DNA of 15,368 nucleotides, taken from positions 1 through 15,368 of the forward strand of contig CAMAPH010000051.1 of the NCBI GenBank assembly GCA_945859975.1. The letters run 5' to 3'. Shown here piece after piece: positions 7,714 through 15,000 of the stretch (position 1 is its first letter; every line of letters begins with the position of its first letter). Under the pieces are notes generated by a model. That model worked only from the letters and a program-made list of their open reading frames with translations. It did no database searches and was not told where the DNA came from. This DNA comes from Chthonomonas calidirosea (lineage in GTDB: Bacteria > Armatimonadota > Fimbriimonadia > Fimbriimonadales > Fimbriimonadaceae). Made by a program: the position numbers and the translations under genes.

Positions 7714-7795
7714 AGGTGTGGGAAGCGAAAGCGACTCACATGTTCCTCCATACTCCCTCATAAACAGGCGCCCTCCCCCAGGGCGCCTTCTTAAT
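7714..7795 (+). ncRNA. Candidate small regulatory RNA (5' hairpin, CU-rich anti-SD linker, terminator)
   Basis: Hairpin TGTGGG(7717-7722)/CTCACA(7735-7740) with an inner GC-GAAA-GC; linker TTCCTCCATACTCCCTCA; then a 9-bp hairpin. It lies just downstream of the ECF-type promoter. Ends are approximate. Confidence 0.5.
7766..7795 (+). terminator. Putative intrinsic terminator
   Basis: Perfect 9-bp stem AGGCGCCCT(7766-7774)/AGGGCGCCT(7780-7788), CCCCC loop, followed by TCTTAAT (imperfect U tract). Confidence 0.6.
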
Positions 7796-7839
7796 GTGCG
7801 CCTTCTCTATTCGCGGCTCGCCGGTACACTCCCGAAACC

Positions 7840-8574
7840 TTGACCGAAGTGTTCTTGAGCGTGGTCATTCCCGCTTATAACGAGGAGGACCGCCTGCCGC
7901 GAACCTTGGCCCGATTGCAGGAGTATTACGGCGCGCAATCCTACACCTTTGAAGTCATCGTGATGAGCGATGGCAGCAAGGACGGCACGGTGGCCCTCGC
8001 GCAGGCTTTTGCCGCGAACGATTCCCGATTTCGCGTGGTCGACAGCCAGCCGAACCGGGGCAAAGGGTACGTGGTTCGAACCGGAATGCTGCAGGCGCGG
8101 GGGCAGTATGTTCTGTTCTGCGATGCCGACCTTGCGACACCGCAGGAAGAGACCGAGAAGCTTTTGCCGAAGCTGGAAGGCGGGTTTGATGTCGCGATCG
8201 GAAGCCGTCCTTTACGAGACAGCAACCTCGAAGTTCGCCAGCCTTTTTACCGAGAAGCACTTGGCCGGATGGCGAATAAGCTGATTCAGATTGTCGCCGT
8301 TCCGGGCATTCGAGATACCCAGTGCGGGTTCAAAATGTTTAACGCGAAGTCGAATGCCGACATCTTTTCGCGCTGCAAACTGGATGGCTTCAGCTTCGAC
8401 TTCGAGGCACTGATGATCGCGCGGGACCTGGGTTATGAGGTGGCCGAGGTGCCGATTCGGTGGATGAATCAGGAAGGCAGCAAGGTCAACATTTGGCGAG
8501 ACTATCCGCGTGTTTTCCGCGACCTTTTCAAGCTTCGGCTGATGGGCAAAGCCCGCCGACTGGCCAAAAACTAA
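7840..8574 (+). CDS. Glycosyltransferase family 2, dolichyl-phosphate beta-glucosyltransferase (ALG5)-like
   Basis: LSVVIPAYNEE, DGSKDGT, NRGKG, LFCDAD, AIGSR, DTQCGFKMF and EVPIRW motifs; TTG start 9 nt after GGTACACT. Confidence 0.92.
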   Translation: MTEVFLSVVIPAYNEEDRLPRTLARLQEYYGAQSYTFEVIVMSDGSKDGTVALAQAFAANDSRFRVVDSQPNRGKGYVVRTGMLQARGQYVLFCDADLATPQEETEKLLPKLEGGFDVAIGSRPLRDSNLEVRQPFYREALGRMANKLIQIVAVPGIRDTQCGFKMFNAKSNADIFSRCKLDGFSFDFEALMIARDLGYEVAEVPIRWMNQEGSKVNIWRDYPRVFRDLFKLRLMGKARRLAKN

Positions 8575-8578
8575 GCTC

Positions 8579-9310
8579 ATGAATCCCGGCGAATACGACA
8601 AAATGCGCCGTCTGGAGGACGAGTATTGGTGGTTCGTCGGTCGCCGCGAGCTTGCGCTGAAGCTGGTTCAAGAGTTCTTCCCTTCTGCGCCTGATGTGCT
8701 TGACCTCGGTTGCGGCACCGGGGTGGTGATGGCGGAGACGGCTAAGTTTGCCAACTCCGTTACCGGGCTCGATATGAGCGAGTTTGCGCTGCGGTACTCC
8801 TTTGAACGAGGAATCAGCGAGGTCGTCCAGGGTGACGGGACGGCGATTCCGTTTGCCGATGGGTCGTTCTCGGCGATCATTGCCCTCGATATTTTTGAGC
8901 ACATCGAGGATCACCAGGCGGCCTATCGGGAGGCGTTTCGCGTGCTCCGACCCGGCGGGATTTTGGTGCTGAGCGTTCCGGCGTTTCGGTCGCTTTGGAG
9001 CAAGCATGACGTGGCGCTGCACCACTTCCGGCGCTACACCCGGTCCGAGGTTCGTTCATGCCTATCGTTGGCTGGATTCTCGCCGGAGGTTTTGTCTTAC
9101 GCCGTGTTCTTGCTCTTCCCTTTGGTCGTGCTCTCTCGCGTGCTCGAGCGGTTCCGTCCGGGCCCGGCCGCGGCATCGCTGCCGACGGTTCCGGCTTGGC
9201 TGAACCGGCTACTCATTTGGCTGCTGCGAAAAGAGGCCAGCCTGATCTGGAAAGGGACCGCCCTCCCCTGGGGCAGCAGCGTGGTCGCCGTAGCCCGAAA
9301 ACCCCGCTAG
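8579..9310 (+). CDS. Class I SAM-dependent methyltransferase
   Basis: YWWFVGRR, VLDLGCGTG, LDIFEHIED, RVLRPGG and WSKHDVALHHFRRYT. This type is often found beside GT2 genes. Confidence 0.92.
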   Translation: MNPGEYDKMRRLEDEYWWFVGRRELALKLVQEFFPSAPDVLDLGCGTGVVMAETAKFANSVTGLDMSEFALRYSFERGISEVVQGDGTAIPFADGSFSAIIALDIFEHIEDHQAAYREAFRVLRPGGILVLSVPAFRSLWSKHDVALHHFRRYTRSEVRSCLSLAGFSPEVLSYAVFLLFPLVVLSRVLERFRPGPAAASLPTVPAWLNRLLIWLLRKEASLIWKGTALPWGSSVVAVARKPR

Positions 9311-9331
9311 GTACACTCCTCTTCCCCGCGT

Positions 9332-9407
9332 GGGGATATAGCTCAGTTGGTAGAGCGCTGCAATCGCACTGCAGAGGTCAGGGGTTCGAATCCCCTTATC
9401 TCCACCA
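9332..9407 (+). tRNA. tRNA-Ala(CGC)
   Basis: Full 76-nt cloverleaf: GGGGATA/TATCTCC acceptor with G3.U70; GCTC/GAGC D-stem; CTGCA-ATCGCAC-TGCAG anticodon arm; AGGGG-TTCGAAT-CCCCT T-arm; encoded ACCA. GGTACACT box at 9310-9317. Confidence 0.98.
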
Positions 9408-9426
9408 AAATCACAAAAATCGAGGT

Positions 9427-9502
9427 TGAGGAACTTTGGTTTCGGTAGAGAGTCCCGATGGCATCGGGAGGGCCTGGAGTTCGATTCCCCTTTTCTCTGC
9501 CC
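9427..9502 (+). pseudogene. Degenerate tRNA-Ala(GGC)-like sequence
   Basis: Exact 76-nt tRNA register: GGTAGAG, TCCCG-ATGGCAT-CGGGA arm, TTCGATT T-loop, CCCCT, and 6/7 acceptor pairs. D- and T-stems are partly broken, and it has no G3.U70 and no CCA. Confidence 0.6.
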
Positions 9503-9579
9503 CCTCTAAGCCACGCTCGGGAAGCAGCACGACTTTCCTAGGTGATTCTTCGACCGCTATTCATCAGTATAATCCGCGC

Positions 9580-12129
9580 ATGTCGGCTGAGCCAAAGAAT
9601 CGAACCCTTCAGTGGAGTGTTTCGGTGGCTGCGTGGCTTACGGCGATCTACGCGACCGTGGCCGCTACGACTCAGAGTGGACCGATCACCGCTACGCCCG
9701 CACAAGCCTCGCATTTCGAATCCAAAGTTCGGCCGGTTTTCATTTCGAAGTGCATTGCCTGTCATGGTGACAAGCAGCAGATTGCCGGGCTTCGGCTGGA
9801 TCGGCCGATCTCGCCCGCGATGGCGAAAAAGGTTGCGGCGGCGGTCGAGTACCACGGCGCAACCAAGATGCCACCGGGTGGCAAAATGGGGGCTCAAGAT
9901 ATTGCCGCCATCTCCGCATGGGGCAAAGCTGGCGGGCCATGGCCAGCGAAGGTAGCGGTTAAGACAAAGGAGCGGTTTTGGGCATTTGTTCCCCCGACGG
10001 TTCCGAGTCTGCCCAAAGTGAAGAACACGACTTGGGCAAAGTCGCCACTTGACTTGTTTGTTCTCGCCAAACTCGAGGAAAAGGGACTCAAACCCGCCCC
10101 TGCAGCCGACAAAACGACCTTGATTCGGCGAGCGACCCTCGATCTCACTGGACTCCCGCCGACACCTTCGGAGATTGATGCGTTTACCGCCGATAAATCA
10201 CCGAATGCCTTTGAGAAAGTTCTCGACCGACTTCTCGCGTCGACCGCGTACGGAGAGCGCTGGGGTCGTCACTGGCTGGATGTTGCGCGGTACTCCGACT
10301 CCAATGGACTCGACGAAAACCTGGTCTATGTCAATGCTTGGAGATACCGAGATTGGGTGATTGGCGCAATCAATCAGGATATGCCGATCAATAGATTTAT
10401 GCGGGAGCAGGTCGCAGGAGACCTGCTACCCGGAGCTGGCGATAGCCAGGTGGTGGCGACCGGTTATCTGGCGCTGGGCGGGAAAATGCTTGCGGAAGAC
10501 GATCCGCAAAAGCAGGAACTCGACATCATTGACGAGCAAGTAGACACCCTAAGCAAAGGAATGCTAGCGATGACGGTTGGGTGTGCGAGATGCCACGACC
10601 ACAAGTTTGATCCGATTTCGGCGAAAGACTACTACTCCCTCGCTAGCATCTTTAAGTCCACCAAGACGATGGACAAATTCACGGTTGTTGCTGAATGGCA
10701 GGAGCGCATGCTCGGACCAAAGGAGCAGCAAGAGCGGCTTAAGAAAGTAGAACAAAGCCTTAAAGAGAAGTCCGAGGCACGGGACAAAATACGTCAGAAA
10801 GAGCGCACCGAGCTTCTTGCAAAGATCGAACTCGAGAAGGAGGCTTATATTTCCGCAGCCAAGCTTCTGATTGAGGCTGAGAAATCGAAAATCTCTGGGC
10901 CATCGGTAAGCGAACAAAACAATACCCAAACTCCAAAAGGACTCATCAAGGAAGTTGTAGCTGGCGTTGCGGCGCAAGTTAAGTCAGGTGCGCCAGTCAA
11001 GCTTGAATTGCCCGAGAACGCAGATCACCTGTTCCCGGCTCAGAAAGCTGCAGAACTAAAGTCTTTGAACGACGAAATCAAGGCACTGAGCGACTCCAAA
11101 CCAACGATTCCGCTCGCTATGGCGGTCAGCGACGCGCCGGTCAAGGACCTTCAGGTTCACGTTCGCGGTAGCTACTTGACCCTTGGCGAGAAGGCAACTC
11201 GCGGTGTGCCGGCGATCATGTCCACCAATGCTCCCGTGGTAGTTCCAAAGGACAAGAGCGGTCGGTTAGAGCTTGCAAACTGGATCGCAAGCGCTAAGAA
11301 TCCGCTTACCGCCCGGGTTTTTGTTAACCGAGTGTGGCGTTGGAAGTTTGGCAAAGGTCTCGTAGGTTCGGTGGACAACTTTGGCATTCTCGGCAATCTG
11401 CCGACCCATCCAGAACTGCTGGATTGGCTGGCCAAGAGCTTTGTTACACAAGATCAATGGAGTCTCAAGCGGTTTCAAAAGCGGATTATGCTGACCAGCA
11501 CGTACCAAATGAGCACTCGATACGATGCGAAGTTTGCGAACCTCGATCCCGAGAATCGGTACCTTTGGCGCTTCAATCGGCGGCGCCTCGAAGCGGAAGC
11601 AATCCGTGATAGCATCTTCTTTGTATCCGGACTGCTAGACCGGAAAATGGGTGGGACAATGATGAATCTCCCTCCGCGGGCATACGTCACAAACGACCAA
11701 AGTGCAAACCCTATTCAGTACGATAGCCCGCGCCGAGCGGTCTATCTCCCGGTCATTCGCGCCAATGTTTACGATGTCTACACCGCGTTTGACTTCGGAG
11801 ACCCAACGGTGATGAACGGGGATCGAGCCAGTACAACCGTGGCTCCCCAAGCTCTTTTCATGCTTAACGGAAAGGTTGTATTGACGGCGACAAAGGCGCA
11901 AGCTACCAACCTCCTTGCGCGTAAGGACATCGACGACAAGGCAAGAATTCAGTCGCTCTTCCGAACCTGCTTTGGTCGCTCAGCAAAGCCAAACGAGATA
12001 GTGCGGTCTCTAAGCTACCTCTCAAAATTTGAGCAAGCCTATGCCAAGGCAAAAGAACCAAAGCTGAGTGCATGGCAAAGTCTTTGCAAGACCTTTATCG
12101 GATCAAACGAGTTTATTTATGTGGAATAG
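9580..12129 (+). CDS. PSD1/planctomycete cytochrome c-type protein (N-terminal heme domain + DUF1549 + DUF1553)
   Basis: FESKVRPVFISKCIACHG (CxxCH), RRATLDLTGLPP, YGERWGRHWLDVARYSDS, CARCHDHKFDP, NPLTARVFVNRVW, PTHPELLDWLA, RRRLEAEAIRD and PQALFMLN. Start placed at ATG 9580, 6 nt after TATAAT, followed by a hydrophobic signal-like segment. The track's 9436 start overlaps the pseudo-tRNA. Confidence 0.93.
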   Translation: MSAEPKNRTLQWSVSVAAWLTAIYATVAATTQSGPITATPAQASHFESKVRPVFISKCIACHGDKQQIAGLRLDRPISPAMAKKVAAAVEYHGATKMPPGGKMGAQDIAAISAWGKAGGPWPAKVAVKTKERFWAFVPPTVPSLPKVKNTTWAKSPLDLFVLAKLEEKGLKPAPAADKTTLIRRATLDLTGLPPTPSEIDAFTADKSPNAFEKVLDRLLASTAYGERWGRHWLDVARYSDSNGLDENLVYVNAWRYRDWVIGAINQDMPINRFMREQVAGDLLPGAGDSQVVATGYLALGGKMLAEDDPQKQELDIIDEQVDTLSKGMLAMTVGCARCHDHKFDPISAKDYYSLASIFKSTKTMDKFTVVAEWQERMLGPKEQQERLKKVEQSLKEKSEARDKIRQKERTELLAKIELEKEAYISAAKLLIEAEKSKISGPSVSEQNNTQTPKGLIKEVVAGVAAQVKSGAPVKLELPENADHLFPAQKAAELKSLNDEIKALSDSKPTIPLAMAVSDAPVKDLQVHVRGSYLTLGEKATRGVPAIMSTNAPVVVPKDKSGRLELANWIASAKNPLTARVFVNRVWRWKFGKGLVGSVDNFGILGNLPTHPELLDWLAKSFVTQDQWSLKRFQKRIMLTSTYQMSTRYDAKFANLDPENRYLWRFNRRRLEAEAIRDSIFFVSGLLDRKMGGTMMNLPPRAYVTNDQSANPIQYDSPRRAVYLPVIRANVYDVYTAFDFGDPTVMNGDRASTTVAPQALFMLNGKVVLTATKAQATNLLARKDIDDKARIQSLFRTCFGRSAKPNEIVRSLSYLSKFEQAYAKAKEPKLSAWQSLCKTFIGSNEFIYVE

Positions 12130-13519
12130 CGATCAACTTTCCAGACGCGAACTACTGAGGGCCAGTGCGCTTGGCTTCGGCAACCTTGCGTTTCTTGGCC
12201 TACTTGCGAACGAGGCCAGCGCGCAGTCGAAGAATCCCCTCGCGCCGAAGTCGCCGATGTACCCGGCTCGGGCAAAAAGGGTCATCTTCGTGTTCCTCCA
12301 CGGCGGCCCTTCGCAGGTGGACACGTTTGATCCCAAGCCTCTGCTAACCCGAGACCACGGTAAGCCCTTTACCGGTGAGATGCCGCGCATTGTCTCCTCG
12401 CCGACCGGCAACCTACTCAAAAGCCCCTGGGAATTCAAGCACTATGGCGAGAGCGGAATCGAAGTCAGCGACCTTTTCCCCCACGTCGGTAGCTGCGTTG
12501 ATGACCTCTGTTTCATCAACTCGATGTATGGCTCAAACTCCCGCCACGGTGCGGCGCTGTTGGAGCTCCATACCGGCTCGGACACGTTCGTCCGGCCGTC
12601 AATGGGCTCATGGGTCACCTACGGGCTCGGAACCGAAAACCAAAATCTTCCCGGATTCCTCACGATCTGCCCGACGTTGGGTCACGGCGGGGTGAACAAT
12701 TGGAGCTCGGCGTTCCTCCCCGCCTACACCCAAGGAACCCCGATCGGTAACGCGGGAATCGAGGCGCCTAACGCCCGAATTCCGTTCATCCACAACGACG
12801 AAACCCCGGCCGAGGCGCAAAGGCTCGAGATCGAACTCATGCGCAAGATGGGTCTAGATCAGCTGAGTCACCTGGGTCCCGATCCTGCGCTGGAGGGCCG
12901 AATCAACTCCTACGAACTCGCCTTCCGGATGCAGCTCGCTGCCCCCGAGCTTCAGGAGATCGCCGGAGAGTCGGAAGAAACCAAGAAGCTTTACGGCCTA
13001 GACGACCCCAAAACCCGGAACTTTGGTCACCAATGCCTGCTGGCCCGCCGCTTTAGCGAGAAGGGAGTGCGGTTCGTCCAAGTGACTCACTCCTACAAAT
13101 GGGACCAACATGACGCCCTCCGCAAGGAACACGAGAGCAATGCGCGCGAGGTTGACAAACCGATTGCTGGCCTCATCAAAGACCTCAAGTCTCGCGGGAT
13201 GCTGAAAGACACCCTCGTCGTCATCAGTGGTGAATTCGGGCGGACCCCTGTTGCCCAAGGAACCGACGGCCGCGATCATAACCCTCACGGATTCACCACC
13301 ATCCTCGCCGGCGGCGGAGTCAAAGCCGGGATTAAATACGGCGCGACCGACGACTATGGCTTCTTCGCCGTGAAGGACAAAGTCCACATCCACGACCTCC
13401 ACGCCACGATGCTCCACTTGCTCGGCATCGACCACACCAAGCTCACGTACTTCCACGGCGGCAGAAACTACCGCTTGACCGACGTCCACGGAAACATCGT
13501 GAAAGGGATCCTGGCTTAA
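12119..13519 (+). CDS. DUF1501 domain protein with Tat-type signal peptide
   Basis: Start placed at ATG 12119, overlapping the upstream stop. SRRELL...ASAQ twin-arginine leader; AKRVIFVFLHGGPSQVDTFDPKP, RPSMGSWVTYGLG, GVRFVQ, WDQH, GEFGRTP, GRDHNP and DLHATMLHLLGID motifs. Confidence 0.93.
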   Translation: MWNSDQLSRRELLRASALGFGNLAFLGLLANEASAQSKNPLAPKSPMYPARAKRVIFVFLHGGPSQVDTFDPKPLLTRDHGKPFTGEMPRIVSSPTGNLLKSPWEFKHYGESGIEVSDLFPHVGSCVDDLCFINSMYGSNSRHGAALLELHTGSDTFVRPSMGSWVTYGLGTENQNLPGFLTICPTLGHGGVNNWSSAFLPAYTQGTPIGNAGIEAPNARIPFIHNDETPAEAQRLEIELMRKMGLDQLSHLGPDPALEGRINSYELAFRMQLAAPELQEIAGESEETKKLYGLDDPKTRNFGHQCLLARRFSEKGVRFVQVTHSYKWDQHDALRKEHESNAREVDKPIAGLIKDLKSRGMLKDTLVVISGEFGRTPVAQGTDGRDHNPHGFTTILAGGGVKAGIKYGATDDYGFFAVKDKVHIHDLHATMLHLLGIDHTKLTYFHGGRNYRLTDVHGNIVKGILA

Positions 13520-13698
13520 GGTTCCGCATCCGCTCAGACTCCCCGTCTCTCTGGGGGTCTGGACCGTGTCCCGGACAGAGGATTTTTCTCGGCTCGTCGC
13601 GCCGAAAAATTTATTATTTATGTTTTCTCCGTTAGGGGCGAAAACATAAATTTTGGGTTTCGTGGGGTGACCGGACCCAATCTATAGGGCGCGGAGCC
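13520..13698 (+). other. Multi-hairpin structured element (possible ncRNA, structured 3' UTR or palindromic mobile remnant)
   Basis: Closing stem 13520-13527/13691-13698 encloses four hairpins, including a perfect 12-bp ATTTATGTTTTC/GAAAACATAAAT. Confidence 0.55.
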
Positions 13699-13897
13699 GG
13701 GGAAAAGTCAACCTGAGGTTTGAGACATTTTCGCGAAAGTCCTTCTTGGAGATTTGGGAGCTGGGGAAGGTCGTCGCGGCTTGATGGTTCGATTTTCTGT
13801 GATGGACTATCATTTGCGGATGGGCGTCTGGTGACGTGGACAAGGGGTCGTTAAGACTCCACAGGGGGTAGTTCACCGGGAGTCAGCCGCAACACAT

Positions 13898-14878
13898 ATG
13901 CCGAAACCGAACCTATTCCACTTCGCGACTTCTGAGTTGTCGCAGGACGCGTTTATCTGCTGGCTCGCGAGTTGTGCGGACGCGTCGGTTGAGGATGAAG
14001 AGTTGCGGGATGCGGGTACGCGGTTTCTGAACGCATTGCTATCTACGCAAAAGCTGAGTCTGCCAAGCATTACAAGTATCCGCGTCTACCGCCAACTTGA
14101 TCGGATTGACGTTGTCGTTGAGATCAATGAGTCAATCATCATTTTGATCGAAGACAAAGTAGGTACCGCCGATCATTCGGGACAGCTCAAACGGTACTTA
14201 GAAGCGGCGAGGGTTCGGTTTCCAAATCACGACGTGGTTCCGATTTACATCCAGACCTATATCCAACCTGGTTATGAAGGCGTAAGAGCCGCTAGCTTCT
14301 TTGTGCTCACTCGCCGCGAGCTGATCGATTTACTTCCCCTTAAGGCTACCGACTCCGTGCTTTCGCAGTTCCGGGAACATCTGGAGATTCTTGACCAGGA
14401 CTATGAGTCTTACCGCTCCGGACGGGCCTGGTCTTTCCACGCTTGGGAACGGTACCTAGAAGTGATTGCGGGTTCCCTGGATCAATGCGGCTGGAGCTAC
14501 GTCCCGAATGCTAGCGGCGGATTTCTTGCCGCCTACTGGGGATGGACTGAGTGTAGATTTGGCGAGCTCTATTTACAGGTTTCGCAAGAGAAACTTTCAC
14601 TCCGCATAGTCCCGAGTGTAGAGACTACGCAAGCGGAGATTGATGCCTTGTATTGGAAAGCGAGAGAGTTCCCGGAGTGGACCGTCAACACCGGCAGAAG
14701 ACCCCGGAAGGGCCGAAGCCAGAACCTGGTCTTTCTGGAATTGGATCATCGCCGATTCGACCAGGAGGAGAATATCCTTTTGGAGGAGACGGTCAGCGGA
14801 CTTAGGGTGACGACGGAGAAGCTGAAGTCTTTTGCGAAGTCGATCGCACCGGATCCGCTGTTCCCACCTACTCTGTAG
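13898..14878 (+). CDS. PD-(D/E)XK nuclease superfamily protein (PDDEXK_4-like)
   Basis: ATSELSQDAFICWL, RIDVVV..., IIILIEDK (D...ExK) and SGQLKRY (QLxRY helix); the C-terminal half is unrecognised. Confidence 0.82.
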   Translation: MPKPNLFHFATSELSQDAFICWLASCADASVEDEELRDAGTRFLNALLSTQKLSLPSITSIRVYRQLDRIDVVVEINESIIILIEDKVGTADHSGQLKRYLEAARVRFPNHDVVPIYIQTYIQPGYEGVRAASFFVLTRRELIDLLPLKATDSVLSQFREHLEILDQDYESYRSGRAWSFHAWERYLEVIAGSLDQCGWSYVPNASGGFLAAYWGWTECRFGELYLQVSQEKLSLRIVPSVETTQAEIDALYWKAREFPEWTVNTGRRPRKGRSQNLVFLELDHRRFDQEENILLEETVSGLRVTTEKLKSFAKSIAPDPLFPPTL

Positions 14879-15000
14879 AGAAAGCAAGACTGCGACTGAG
14901 ACGCGGCGAACAGTTGCCGGCCCCGTCCCCTTACTGGCTATCGACTGGGCTGGGATCCTTTCCAAACGATAGACGAATTTCCAAACAGACTGGCTAATGC

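Noticed and set aside
7736..7749. Minus-strand GGAGGAAC-ATG-TGA start-stop mini-ORF
   Set aside because: More simply the complement of the plus-strand CCTCC seed. No minus-strand promoter was identified.
9436..9579. 48-codon N-terminal extension of the DUF1549/DUF1553 ORF
   Set aside because: It overlaps the pseudo-tRNA. ATG 9580 follows TATAAT and begins a signal-like segment.
13520..13897. CRISPR array or type III antitoxin-style tandem repeat
   Set aside because: The hairpins differ in sequence from one another. No direct repeats with regular spacing and no cas genes were seen.
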